A DNA stretch of 64,000 nucleotides, taken from NCBI GenBank assembly GCA_963784355.1, contig CAWAQU010000006.1, positions 14,517 to 78,516 on the forward strand, given 5' to 3'. This document shows, piece after piece, positions 10,151 through 20,884 of this stretch; within the stretch, counting starts at the first letter, position 1, and every line of letters starts with the position of its first letter. This DNA is from an uncultured bacterium (GTDB lineage: Bacteria; Patescibacteriota; JACMRA01). The translations under genes and the position numbers were made by a program. The notes beneath the pieces were generated by a model. It did not search any database. It saw nothing but the letters and a program-made list of their open reading frames with translations, and was not told the origin of the DNA.

Positions 10151-11665
10151 TTATTCCACTTTTGAGTCCTTCTTATAAGAATTGTATTCAGATAAGTTAA
10201 AACTTGGCCAAGCGTAGTTTTTATTTGAATATTTTCTTCTTAAATTAGCTCTTCTAAATTCTAGCCTTTCTACAATAACTGCTTTTGTAGACTCCGGTAA
10301 ACCTGATGAATTTACTTTATTAATCAGATCATTTGTACTGGCTGCATCGGTACTTAATTGTCCATAGTACTCACTAGCTTGTCCACTTTCTTCTTTAGGT
10401 AAATTGTTATAAATTAAATTATCAAAGTTAATAAAATTGACCATTAAAATGATTGAAAATGTAAAGATTGCAGCTACTTTGAGTAGGTATTTACTTCTGT
10501 AATCTAACAATTTAACAAACAAAATTATTACTATACCGACTAACCAGGCAATTACAGCAAATCCATAAAGTCTTTTAAATGTTAGACCCCAAGTTGTAAT
10601 ATAGTCTAAATCACTTTTGAATGCTATATAAATTAAAAATAAGTTTTGAAGTAGTAAAATCAAAGAAGTTGTTAAATTTAGTCTTTTTCTAAGTTTGTCA
10701 AAATACACTAAAGCAATTACGATAACAGCAACAATTGAAAGTTGAGCAAAAACCTCATTATTCAATCTACCATAGCTATATCCTAAGCTTGCTAATGCCG
10801 CTGATGTAGCTAAATATAGTTGAATTTGCGCTATAAAGAAAGCAAATAAAACTGCAATTGTAGTTAATTTTGGAATACTAAAACTGATAAGATTTCCTTT
10901 TTCATAACTATCGTCATTTGTTACAATCTCATAATTTTTTACAAGTTCAACTACTTTTGGAAGATTAAAGTATAAAATCAAAAACATTATTAATCTAATA
11001 ACATTTAATGGCGTGTAGATTGCATTTATTATTTTGGCTATCAAAAGATTCAAACTAGAAATGAATTGATTCAACCTGAAAAAGTTCAAAGTATTATTAA
11101 TGAAATCTTGAAAAATTGGATTAGACGAAGAGAGAAGAGGTAAAACTATAGCTAAAATTAGGATAGAAATTACAGAACCGATCAATATTCCGCTCCAGTT
11201 TATATCTTTTTTAGTTAAATTTGTTTTAGCTGCAGTTAGATCTTTATGAAAATCTATACGTTTGTACACTTCATTGTAGTATTTATCTTCAACTTTAACT
11301 TTAAAAATAGATCTTAGCACAAGAAGCGGTGCGGCTAATATTTTTATCAACTTATTTTTTCCAAAGTCTAGAGGGTCAATAATTAAAAAACATGTGCTAT
11401 AAATTATAGCAATTAGATTCAGAAAAGTTAGTAGAGAGTTTGCACGAATTACAAAGCATAAACAGAATAAAATTGTGGTTATATAAAAAACTGAAGCTTT
11501 GGATTTATTTTGCTTACTCAAAAATATTAAAGTGGCAAATAAAATCGTGCTCAAACTTAATCCGGTAAAGGGAAAGCTTGAGTTTCCTAAAACAAGTAAG
11601 AATGGAACTACAATTGATAAAGCCAGAATCGAAACTTTTTGCAGTAGATTGGTTTTTGGTGACAT
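10151..11665 (-). CDS. DUF4153/DUF4173-like polytopic membrane protein; start reassigned to ATG 11665
   Basis: LPLLSSSNPIF, YITTWGLTFKRLYG, LSTDA motifs; the longer predicted N-terminus overlaps groEL and its terminator. Confidence 0.7.
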   Translation of the reverse strand: MSPKTNLLQKVSILALSIVVPFLLVLGNSSFPFTGLSLSTILFATLIFLSKQNKSKASVFYITTILFCLCFVIRANSLLTFLNLIAIIYSTCFLIIDPLDFGKNKLIKILAAPLLVLRSIFKVKVEDKYYNEVYKRIDFHKDLTAAKTNLTKKDINWSGILIGSVISILILAIVLPLLSSSNPIFQDFINNTLNFFRLNQFISSLNLLIAKIINAIYTPLNVIRLIMFLILYFNLPKVVELVKNYEIVTNDDSYEKGNLISFSIPKLTTIAVLFAFFIAQIQLYLATSAALASLGYSYGRLNNEVFAQLSIVAVIVIALVYFDKLRKRLNLTTSLILLLQNLFLIYIAFKSDLDYITTWGLTFKRLYGFAVIAWLVGIVIILFVKLLDYRSKYLLKVAAIFTFSIILMVNFINFDNLIYNNLPKEESGQASEYYGQLSTDAASTNDLINKVNSSGLPESTKAVIVERLEFRRANLRRKYSNKNYAWPSFNLSEYNSYKKDSKVE

Positions 11666-11726
11666 ATAAAAATAAGTTGAAATGTATATTAAAGATTGCT
11701 TACTAATTAGATGACTATAGGGGTAC

Positions 11727-11750
11727 AAAAAAACCGGCCTTTGCAGCCGG
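11727..11750 (-). terminator. groESL intrinsic terminator
   Basis: CCGGC-TGCAAAG-GCCGG-T7 on the minus strand just after the groEL stop. Confidence 0.8.
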
Positions 11751-11774
11751 ATAAAATTTAATCTTGATTTTAAT

Positions 11775-13409
11775 TTAGTAGTCCATTCCACCCATTCCTC
11801 CTCCGGGCATTGCTGCTTTTTCCTCTTTTGGTTCGTCAACAATTACAACTTCTGTGGTAATTATAGAGCCTGCAACTGAAGCAGCATTTGAAACGGCTTG
11901 TTTTAAAACCATTACCGGATCAATAATACCTGCTTCCAGCATGTTGTCCACACCCTTCATATCTTTAAAGTCAAATCCAAATGTCTTATTTTGAACGATT
12001 TGGTGTAGAGTGATGGATACATCGTAAATTCCGGCATTTTTAGCGATTGCTCTAAATGGAGTATAGAGAGCTGATTTAAATATTCTAACTCCTACTTTTT
12101 CATCTTCATCAACAGTGCTATCCATAACCTCATTAAGTGCTTCAGCAATTCTTACTAAAGTCACTGCACCTCCAGGTACCACACCTTCAGCAATTGCAGC
12201 TTTTGTAGCATTAAGCGCATCTTCTACAGTGTATTTAAGCTCTTTCATTTCTACTTCTGTAGCAGCACCAACTTTGATTACTCCGACACCACCGACTAGT
12301 TTGGCCAATCTTTCTTCTAATTTCTCTCTGTCATAATCTGATTTAGTATCTAAAACAGCAGCTTTAATAGTATTTACTCTTTGATCAATTGCAGATTTAT
12401 CACCTTTACCGCCTACAATAGTTGTATTGTCCTTAGTAGAGATTACTCTGTCAGCAGCACCAAGATCGTCTATTGTAGCTGATTTTAATTGCATACCAAG
12501 ATCACTTGATATAAAGGTTGCTCCGGTCAAAATTGCAATGTCCTCAAGCATAGCTTTGCGTCTGTCACCAAATGCAGGAGCCTGTATGGCAAATACGTTA
12601 AATATACCTCTGATTTTATTAAGTACAAAAGTAGCTAGAGCCTCACCTTCGATATCATCAGCAATAATTACTAAATCTTTTTTGCCTTGTTGCGCCATTG
12701 ATTCAATTACAGGTAAAACATCTTGAATGGAAGAAATTTTGCGATCTGTGACCAAAATCATAGGTTTTTCTGCTACGGCTTCCATTCTTGCAGTGTCGGT
12801 AACAAAATAAGGTGATTTATAACCTTTATCAAATTGCATACCTTCTACAACTTCTACCTCAGTTTTATTGGAATCTCCGCTTTGAACAGTAGCTACTCCA
12901 TTTGCTCCAATTTTTTCTAGCACATCAGCAATCATGTCACCAATTTCACGACTACGACTTGAGATTGTAGCTATATCTGATTTTTGTTCTTTAGTAGTTA
13001 CAGCAACAGCCTCTCTATTTAAGTAATCAAGACTAAATTGAACAGCTTTTTTGATACCCGTGCGAATTTTTACAGGATCATTTCCAGCTTCCACAACTTT
13101 CAAACCTTCATTTATTAATGCTCCGGAAAGTACTGTGGTTAGAGTAGTTCCATCTCCGGCAATATCGTTTGTTTTGTTGGCAGCTTGTTGGATGAGACTT
13201 ACACCCATTTGTTCTAAACCTTCGAGTTCTACAGCTTTTGCAATGGTTACACCATCATTTGAAATGTCAGGTCCACCGTAAGATTTACCAATCACGCTTG
13301 TTCTTCCAAGTGGTCCATAACTGGTTTGTACTGCATTTACAACAGTATTTACACCTGTTTGAATTGATTTCCTGGCATCGCTACCGAATTTGATTATTTT
13401 TTTAGCCAT
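11775..13409 (-). CDS. groL: Chaperonin GroEL
   Basis: GDGTTL, EGMQFDKGY, APAFGDRRK, ERLAKL, C-terminal GGMGGM. Confidence 0.98.
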   Translation of the reverse strand: MAKKIIKFGSDARKSIQTGVNTVVNAVQTSYGPLGRTSVIGKSYGGPDISNDGVTIAKAVELEGLEQMGVSLIQQAANKTNDIAGDGTTLTTVLSGALINEGLKVVEAGNDPVKIRTGIKKAVQFSLDYLNREAVAVTTKEQKSDIATISSRSREIGDMIADVLEKIGANGVATVQSGDSNKTEVEVVEGMQFDKGYKSPYFVTDTARMEAVAEKPMILVTDRKISSIQDVLPVIESMAQQGKKDLVIIADDIEGEALATFVLNKIRGIFNVFAIQAPAFGDRRKAMLEDIAILTGATFISSDLGMQLKSATIDDLGAADRVISTKDNTTIVGGKGDKSAIDQRVNTIKAAVLDTKSDYDREKLEERLAKLVGGVGVIKVGAATEVEMKELKYTVEDALNATKAAIAEGVVPGGAVTLVRIAEALNEVMDSTVDEDEKVGVRIFKSALYTPFRAIAKNAGIYDVSITLHQIVQNKTFGFDFKDMKGVDNMLEAGIIDPVMVLKQAVSNAASVAGSIITTEVVIVDEPKEEKAAMPGGGMGGMDY

Positions 13410-13429
13410 AATAAGATAAAATTTTTAAT

Positions 13430-13726
13430 TTATTTTTCAATTATTGCCAAGATATCCTTAGCGTTGATTATTTTATAAATAGTTTCAGAATCTACTTCAT
13501 CTTTTACTTCTTCACCGGAGTATTTACCAAACATAACGCTGTTACCAATACTTAGACCCAGATTTTGTACATTTTCATCCTGGCCTATTCCGCCTCCAAT
13601 AGCAATCACTTCACCAATTGCCTGTTCGTTTTTCTCTTCCGCAGATAATATAATACCTGAAGCTGTTGTATTTTTTTGCTTAATAAGCTTTACAACAACT
13701 CTATTTCCTAGTGGTTTAATAGTCAT
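13430..13726 (-). CDS. groS: Co-chaperonin GroES
   Basis: IKPLGNRVVV, TASGIIL, DILAII; directly upstream of groEL. Confidence 0.97.
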   Translation of the reverse strand: MTIKPLGNRVVVKLIKQKNTTASGIILSAEEKNEQAIGEVIAIGGGIGQDENVQNLGLSIGNSVMFGKYSGEEVKDEVDSETIYKIINAKDILAIIEK

Positions 13727-13810
13727 AAAATGTATAAATTTTTTAGTGCAAAAGTAAAAATTGTTTTGCTACATTTTGCAGATTTAGCAACTAACTACTA
13801 CACTAAGTAG

Positions 13811-13837
13811 TTGGCAAACTAAAAACATATTTGCTAA
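13811..13837. promoter_or_regulatory. Degenerate CIRCE-like (HrcA) operator overlapping the groES promoter
   Basis: TTGGCAAAC-N9-ATTTGCTAA vs consensus TTAGCACTC-N9-GAGTGCTAA (6/9 each arm); TTGACA on the minus strand at about 13842-13847. Confidence 0.45.
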
Positions 13838-13907
13838 AAATTGTCAAGGATAAAGCTGCTTGACCTTATGTTGACAGAATTTACTATAACACATAATTTA
13901 AGCGGAA

Positions 13908-14867
13908 ATGCCAGAAAATAAAAATAATCCGCAACTTGATAAATTACAATCATATATATCTAGTTTTATAAAGCAGTTTGGGACTCTTATTTTATTTTTG
14001 TATAAGGAAATTAATGGATTCATAGTAAAATATAAATACCTTTTTACTGCCATTACCATTTTTTTACTTTCACTGTTTTTCTTTATAATAATCGGCTTTC
14101 CGGAAATTACTGTTTACTCTATTTTTTTTAAGCAGAGAACGCTTGGGCTTGCAATTTTGAGCTTAATTTTTTTATTTACCTTTCTCGTTGTATACTACTC
14201 AAAGTTTAGCAATTATCAAAAAATTTCTTATTGGTTGCAAAGTAATATTCTTACTTTTTTTTCCTTTGCTTACTTTCTTAGATTAAATGCAGCAGTAGTA
14301 AATTTCTCAAATTTTAATATCGATACTAGGCTAGTTGCTTTACCTTTATCCGGCTTTATTTTGTATGCTAATTATCAGCTACTTACTATCAATCAAAGAA
14401 AACTGACTTATCTGGTCCCTCAAATTGTAATTATAGCAGTGCAGGCTTATTCTTTTGTGAATTTAATTAAGCTTGATAGAACTTCCATCCGTAGTTTTTC
14501 ATATGATTGGCTGGCTCTGTTATTTAATCTGCCAGGTTTTATTTGGTTTGTAGTGTGCGCTCTTGCTATTACTTTAGTGAGCTTACTGAGCTACAAGTTG
14601 AAAACAAAAAAGCAAAATTTAATATTTGGTCTAATTTTATTTGTCTTACTTTTTCAAGCGTTGTTTGCAATTGACCATATAGCAGGACTTAGTTATTGGT
14701 ATAAAACATTCCTTTTTTTGGTTTTTTGGGACTTTATCTACAACCCTATTTATACTATCTCAAATCAAATTAATGACACTAAATACCAACCAAAATTAGT
14801 CGTGTCTGCAATTTACCACTTTGTATTAATAATAGCCCTACTAATCGGCCGACCTATTTTTGGCTAA
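13908..14867 (+). CDS. Hypothetical polytopic membrane protein
   Basis: 319-aa ORF with about 9 hydrophobic segments. Confidence 0.75.
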   Translation: MPENKNNPQLDKLQSYISSFIKQFGTLILFLYKEINGFIVKYKYLFTAITIFLLSLFFFIIIGFPEITVYSIFFKQRTLGLAILSLIFLFTFLVVYYSKFSNYQKISYWLQSNILTFFSFAYFLRLNAAVVNFSNFNIDTRLVALPLSGFILYANYQLLTINQRKLTYLVPQIVIIAVQAYSFVNLIKLDRTSIRSFSYDWLALLFNLPGFIWFVVCALAITLVSLLSYKLKTKKQNLIFGLILFVLLFQALFAIDHIAGLSYWYKTFLFLVFWDFIYNPIYTISNQINDTKYQPKLVVSAIYHFVLIIALLIGRPIFG

Positions 14868-14893
14868 AATTTTCTAACACCTATAAGTTTTTC

Positions 14894-15757
14894 ATGTCTA
14901 CAATTAAGTTAATTTCCTGGAATATTAATGGTTTCAGAGCTGCTATAAAAAAAGGTTTTTGGGAAAAAGTACAACAACTTGATCCTGATATAATTTGTCT
15001 TCAGGAAACCAAATCTGATATTGAAATTATGTCCAGTGAAGTGGTTAAACATTCTGACTATTCTATGGTATTCAATAGTTGCAGTATGAAAAAAGGTTAT
15101 AGTGGAGTGGCAACTTTATTTAAAAATGAGTATAAAAATAAGACTAGTGATGATTTATTTTTGACGGAAAAGACTGTAACTACAAACCCAAAAATTTTAC
15201 AAACTGATTATTTTATTTCACTTGATATTCCTGAGTTTGATGTAGAAGGTCGACTTGTTGTAACTAAATTCAAAAATATTGAAAAAAACTTTGAGTTTAC
15301 TTTATTAAATGGTTATTTTCCCCAAGGTGGAAGAGGGCCTGAGAGAATTGCCTACAAAATTAGATTTTATGAAGCTGTTTATAAGTTAGCTAATGAAATG
15401 AGGGAAAAAGGCGAAAAAATAATTATATGTGGAGATTTAAATACCACTGTAACTGATATTGATTTAGCTAGACCAAAAGAAAACAAAAATACTACAGGAT
15501 GTTTGCCTGAAGAGAGGGATGCACTAGATTTATTTTTAAAAAACGGTTATATTGACAGTTTTAGATATTTTTATCCTGATGAGGCTAAGTATACTTATTG
15601 GGACCAAATTACCAGAGCTAGAGAAAGAAATGTAGGTTGGAGAATTGATTATTTTTTGGTTGATGAATCACTTGTACCAATGCTTAAATCTGCAGAAATT
15701 TTGAACGACGTTTTTGGTAGTGATCACTGTCCGGTCAGTATAGAATTACAATTTTAA
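14894..15757 (+). CDS. xth: Exodeoxyribonuclease III (AP endonuclease)
   Basis: SWNING, CLQETK, GYSGV, GDLN, GWRIDY, GSDHCP. Confidence 0.96.
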   Translation: MSTIKLISWNINGFRAAIKKGFWEKVQQLDPDIICLQETKSDIEIMSSEVVKHSDYSMVFNSCSMKKGYSGVATLFKNEYKNKTSDDLFLTEKTVTTNPKILQTDYFISLDIPEFDVEGRLVVTKFKNIEKNFEFTLLNGYFPQGGRGPERIAYKIRFYEAVYKLANEMREKGEKIIICGDLNTTVTDIDLARPKENKNTTGCLPEERDALDLFLKNGYIDSFRYFYPDEAKYTYWDQITRARERNVGWRIDYFLVDESLVPMLKSAEILNDVFGSDHCPVSIELQF

Positions 15758-15766
15758 TAATTTTTA

Positions 15767-15778
15767 TTATACGAAGTC
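15767..15778 (-). repeat. dif-arm copy 1 (GACTTCGTATAA on minus strand)
   Basis: Exact 12-mer in the xth-pgi gap; minus strand reads ACTTCGTATAA-TAAAAA-TTATTAAAATT. Confidence 0.85.
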
Positions 15779-15781
15779 AAT

Positions 15782-17032
15782 ATGCTTAAAGTAAATTTTC
15801 AAAATATACACGGTTTAACAGATCAAAATTCTATCTCAAAAGAGAGTTTATTGCAGGCTAGAAGTAAAATGGACGACCTGTATAATCAAATTTTAAACCA
15901 CAAACAAGGTTTTTTAGATTTACCCAATGCTTCCACAGAGGAGATTAAAACATTTACTCAACAGGTTACCAGCAAGTATAAAAATATTGTAATTTTGGGT
16001 ATTGGTGGGTCAATGCTTGGTCCAAAATGTATTCTAGATGCTCTCTATACATATAAAGATGGTCTTAAAGTCTACTGTTTAGATAATATTGATCCGGATC
16101 AGATTAGTATAATGGAATCTAGAATCGATCTCAAAGACACACTATTTTTAGTTCAAACTAAATCAGGTACTACTCCGGAAACTATTGCCCAGTATCTTTA
16201 TTTTAAAAAAAAAGTCGAAGCGGAAAATTTAGATTTCAGAAATCACTTTGTATTTGTAACAGATCCTGAAAAAGGTTATCTTAGGAACATAGCTAATCAA
16301 GAACAAGTTCCATGTTTTGAAATTCCACAGAACGTTGGTGGAAGATTTAGCGTACTTACACCTGTAGGCTTGCTCGTTGCTTCTCTGGTCGGTATTAATA
16401 TTGACGAGATTTTAAGCGGAGCTAAATACAGTACTGAGAATTTACTCAATGATGCCTATGATTTTGCGTATATCAACTACGAGTTAAGCGCCAAAGGAAA
16501 AAATGTTCATGTGATCATGCCGTACGCAACTAAATTGAAAACTTTTTCTGAATGGTGTGTGCAGTTGATAAGTGAAAGCATAGGTAAAAAAAGAAGTGTT
16601 GAAGGTAACATAGATAATGTAGGAGTTACACCATTGCCTGCTGTTGGAGCTACCGATCAGCACTCTCAATTGCAATTATTTGCCGAAGGTCCTAATGATA
16701 AATTAATTACTTTTATAGAAGTTGAGAAATTTGACACAACTGTTGCAATTCCTGCCAATTCTGAAAGTAGTTTAAGTTATTTAAATAACCATAGTTTCAA
16801 TGATTTAATCAAGGCTGAATTTTATGGAACTAGAGAAAGCCTAACTGAAGCAGACAGACCAAATATAACTATATCAATTGAAAAGCTGAATGGAAAGAGT
16901 CTGGGAGCTTTATTCATGTTTTTTGAAGTATATACTGCTTTTTTTGGTGAAATGTTAGGAGTAAATACCTTTAATCAACCCGGGGTAGAAAGAAGCAAAG
17001 TATTGGCCAGAGAAAATATCTTAAAATTCTAA
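15782..17032 (+). CDS. pgi: Glucose-6-phosphate isomerase
   Basis: GIGGS, KSGTT, VGGRFSVL, QLISESIGK, DQHSQLQL, FNQPGVE. Confidence 0.96.
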   Translation: MLKVNFQNIHGLTDQNSISKESLLQARSKMDDLYNQILNHKQGFLDLPNASTEEIKTFTQQVTSKYKNIVILGIGGSMLGPKCILDALYTYKDGLKVYCLDNIDPDQISIMESRIDLKDTLFLVQTKSGTTPETIAQYLYFKKKVEAENLDFRNHFVFVTDPEKGYLRNIANQEQVPCFEIPQNVGGRFSVLTPVGLLVASLVGINIDEILSGAKYSTENLLNDAYDFAYINYELSAKGKNVHVIMPYATKLKTFSEWCVQLISESIGKKRSVEGNIDNVGVTPLPAVGATDQHSQLQLFAEGPNDKLITFIEVEKFDTTVAIPANSESSLSYLNNHSFNDLIKAEFYGTRESLTEADRPNITISIEKLNGKSLGALFMFFEVYTAFFGEMLGVNTFNQPGVERSKVLARENILKF

Positions 17033-17053
17033 TCATAAATAATAAAATATAAA

Positions 17054-17551
17054 ATGCACTTTGGTTTATTGCCTAATATATTAGGTTTCTCGGCTCTAAT
17101 TCTCTATATACTAACTCTAATTCCTGGCTTATCCAGAGTTGCGTTGACCGATTTTAGGCGAACCAAGTTTGTGCTATTCTTGATGAAGTACCGTAGGGAA
17201 TTCGGTTTAGCAACTTTTGCTGTGGCCTTAGCACATGGTATATTGATTGGTATTGAGCGAAACTTGAATTTTTTGGAGTTAGGTACGATTTTTAAGTATG
17301 TTCAGGGTATTACTGCCATGATAATATTGATACTTCTAGCACTTACTTCAAATGACTTTAGTGTGAAAAAAATGAAGCGCAACTGGAAAAGGCTGCATTC
17401 TCTTACTTATTTACTACTTTTTATTTTACCCTGGCACATTGTTGATAAAATGAATGGTCACTGGAGCGTTTTTACACCTTTAGCTTTAGGATTGTTGCTT
17501 ATAACTTTGTATTTCTTTGCGGTGAGAATATTTAAGTTGTTGAGAAAATAG
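17054..17551 (+). CDS. Ferric reductase-like transmembrane (MsrQ/YedZ-like) heme protein
   Basis: RREFGL...ALAHG, LTSND, WKRLHSLTY...WH with heme-ligating His. Confidence 0.8.
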   Translation: MHFGLLPNILGFSALILYILTLIPGLSRVALTDFRRTKFVLFLMKYRREFGLATFAVALAHGILIGIERNLNFLELGTIFKYVQGITAMIILILLALTSNDFSVKKMKRNWKRLHSLTYLLLFILPWHIVDKMNGHWSVFTPLALGLLLITLYFFAVRIFKLLRK

Positions 17552-17727
17552 TATACTAACTTCATTTAAATAACCGCATTGTCTACAAATATAGGGATTT
17601 GATTTAATTATCTTATTCCTATTTTTTTTGGCTCGAATTAAGAGATATTACCAAATAAATACTGTTTGACTTTAACAAAAAAGTGTGCTATAGAATTAAT
17701 ACCAATCAAGTTAATTTGAGTAATAAT

Positions 17728-20272
17728 ATGAGCGCTATAGGCAAAATAATAAATCAATCTTTTTCAAAGTATTTCAACATCTTTCTGAGTTTAGCGTTGT
17801 TTTGCAGTATTTTTTCTGTATTACATGTAAATTCACAAACTATTCCGGCACCTGCAGAGCCAAACTGTCAGACCGTGAGTACAAACCCAGCTTTTAATCC
17901 ATATCCAATTACAACAAGACTCAGTGCGCCTGATATTATTTCAGGGGATTGTAAGGACATGCCGCTTATAAGCTTTTTCCCTATTGATTTTAGAAATAAC
18001 AACCCTAGAGAAAAAACGATAGTACAAGGACAGGACGTTAGCTTCCAACTATATTACATCAATGGTGCAAGGCCAGATGGTAGCGGAAATCCTAAAATTG
18101 AGAATCCTGTAGTAAAAATGGAGCTGATTAAGGAAAGCAACACTAAATATCGTGTTAGAGCTGTCTTATCAGGTAACAACGTTACTACTACTACTTCTGC
18201 TGATAAAGGTGGTGATTTAATTATCAATACGCCTGCAAATACAACTTTTAAAATAATGGGTAGAGATACTAGACACTATAATGATGCTATTGAGAGAAAA
18301 TATCAAGTAGAGACAGGGCAAAATTCACAACTATACGATTTTATTCAAGATAATTCGAACGGAAATACAATATCAAACCCTATTTGGTCTCGTTTTGAAG
18401 GTGTAAATTTACCAAGCACTTCAGGATTTCAAATTAAACCAAATTTAGAAGCAGGACTTTTAGGGTATGGATATATTCTTACTTCTATTACTGCTGAAGC
18501 ACCTGCACCTCAGCCCCCAACTCCTCCAGTTACCCCAGAAAATTTACCTCCTTCTTTACCAGGCGAAGAAATTACAGTAGTTAGAGGACAGAACGGTTCA
18601 TTCCAGAGATTAAATGGTACAGATCAAGACAATAATTACCCCCTTACCTACGATTTATCTCAATTACCAGCAAATTGTAGACAGACTAGTACTGGTACAG
18701 GAAGTAATGGTCCTGGTAGAACTGGTCCCGTGATCACTTGTTCAACTGATGCTAATACACCTACAAGATTTCAATTTATAATTACTCCAATTGATTCAAA
18801 AGGACTTAGAGGTACTCCAGGTACATTTATAGTAAATGTTATTGAACCAAAAATGACATCTATAAAGCAATGTTTCGTAAAAGGAACTAATAATCCATGT
18901 GCCTCTACTACATTAAAACCAGGAGATGATGTAACTTATAAAGTAACTGTTAATAGCACTGGTACATACAAATTGACCAATCTAAGAATCACTGACACCT
19001 ACGACAAAACTAGATTAAATACTATTACCAACATTAGTGATAACGGTACTTTAGGAGATGGTACAATAAACTGGAGTCTTGGTGATTTAGCTATTGGAGC
19101 TTCTAAGTCTGTCACATTTGATGCTAAAATTTCCAACAATGTACAAAATGGTGATATTGTTTTAAATAGAGCTGTAATCAAAGCAGACAACTTACCTGAT
19201 CAAAATGTAAGTGTGCAATTCCCTATCGCAATTGGAAATATTATTGCAGTAAAAGAGTGTTTCGTAAAAGGAACCAACACGCCTTGTGCTTCTGCCGAAT
19301 TGAAACCTGGTAATGAAGTAACTTACAAAATAACTGTAAAAAATACAACTCAAACTACCGTAAAAAATCTAAGAATCACTGACACCTACGACAAAACTAG
19401 ATTAAATACTATTACCAACATTAGTGATAACGGTACTTTAGGAGATGGTACAATAAACTGGAGTCTTGGTGATTTAGCCGGAAATGCAACTAAAACAGTT
19501 AATTTCAACGCTAAAATTACAGATGCTGCAAAATCCGGTGATGTAATTGTAAATATTGCTAAAATTGTAGCTGAGGGTATTCCTGAAATTACAGTACAAG
19601 TGCAGTTCCCTGTTGTTACAGATGAACCTCTTTTATCAACTTCTAATAAAGAATGTTTTAGACAATCTACAAATACAGCATGTAACCAAGCAAACCTAAA
19701 GCCTGGTGATAAAGTAACTTATAAGATTAATGTTAAAAATACAGGTAAAGGTATTGCAAAAAATCTAAGAATCACTGACACCTACGACAAAACTAGACTA
19801 AACGGTATCACAAATCTTAATCCACAAGGTCAAGTAAACACCGATCAAGGAACTATTACTTGGAGTATTGGTGATCTTACTGCAGGTCAAACATCTACAT
19901 TAGTATTTGATGCTACTATTACAAATGCAATTGCTAATGGTGATATTATTATTAACTCAGCTGTAATCAAAGCAGACAACTTACCTGATCAAAATGTAAG
20001 TGTGCAATTTGCTGTAACTTTACCTGGAATGCCACCTATTGTTACTCCACCTACACCAAATCTCCCAAATACACCTGCAAACCCAACCTTACCACAAAAT
20101 CTAACTCCTAATCCGGTTGCCCCCTGCAGTTAACTTTACCCCTAGAACTGGAGGTGTAAGTACTGCCGCTTTACTCTCAGGGTTGGTTATGTTTGGCTTT
20201 GGTTTTCTATACAAGAAAAATTCTAAATCTAGAGGAAGTTTTATTCCAAAAAGAAATAGTGAAATGAGATAA
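17728..20272 (+). CDS. Secreted surface protein with three DUF11-like Ig repeats and a TPRTG-TM-basic tail; +1 frameshift at C5 run 20120-20124
   Basis: N-terminal hydrophobic signal; 3x K..PGD.VTY.I.V.N...ITD...INW.LGDL; shifted frame continues PAVNFTPRTGGVSTAALLSGLVMFGFGFLYKKNSKSR to TAA 20270-20272. Confidence 0.78.
18979..19478 (+). repeat. 113-bp exact intragenic direct repeat (18979-19091 and 19366-19478)
   Basis: Identical DNA encoding NLRITDTYDKTRLNTITNISDNGTLGDGTINWSLGDL. Confidence 0.9.
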
Positions 20273-20322
20273 AATTCCAACTCAAAACGATAGAATTAAA
20301 GATAATAAAGCAAAGCGAATGG

Positions 20323-20347
20323 TCCCGGGTAACTCCGGGATTTTTTT
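20323..20347 (+). terminator. Intrinsic terminator
   Basis: TCCCGG-GTAACT-CCGGGA-T7. Confidence 0.8.
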
Positions 20348-20364
20348 AAAGCAAGATTAATCAT

Positions 20365-20736
20365 ATGTTAGAATACCCATCTTTTCCTAACAGACCAAAA
20401 AAAGAAAAATCTGAATTTACTCCAAAGCAATTATTCATTGAGCTCTTAGTTAATGAAAAAATTCACTCAGACGACTATAATCTAGAATTAGATATTCTTT
20501 TGCAGAAATCATCAGTAGAGTGCCAAGAGAAGACAATGCTATATATTACACTTTTAAATTTAGATATTGAATTAATAACCTCTAACCTAATTAAACGACG
20601 AATTGTATTTCTTAATGCAATGTTAGGAATTTTTAAAGGGGTTAAAGCAGCAAAATTGACAAAAGCGGACTCTTATAATTTAAGACATCAGCTCATTTTA
20701 GAAATAAATAAAATAATAGACCAAAGTAAATTGTAA
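20365..20736 (+). CDS. Hypothetical protein
   Basis: 123-aa ORF, no motif recognised. Confidence 0.55.
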   Translation: MLEYPSFPNRPKKEKSEFTPKQLFIELLVNEKIHSDDYNLELDILLQKSSVECQEKTMLYITLLNLDIELITSNLIKRRIVFLNAMLGIFKGVKAAKLTKADSYNLRHQLILEINKIIDQSKL

Positions 20737-20884
20737 ATTTATGTAAGTATTTTTGAGTTGTAAGTAGCCTCAAACTTATTATAATTTAATGATCTGACCA
20801 TGTACGAAATCTAGTTTTCTTATTTACAGGTAAATATATTTTAATTTCATCAAATTAAAGTTAAAACTTAGGTTAAAATTTGCC

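Noticed and set aside
11666-11842. N-terminal 59 aa of the predicted 563-aa ORF
   Set aside because: Overlaps the groEL 3' end and its terminator; the real start is likely ATG 11665.
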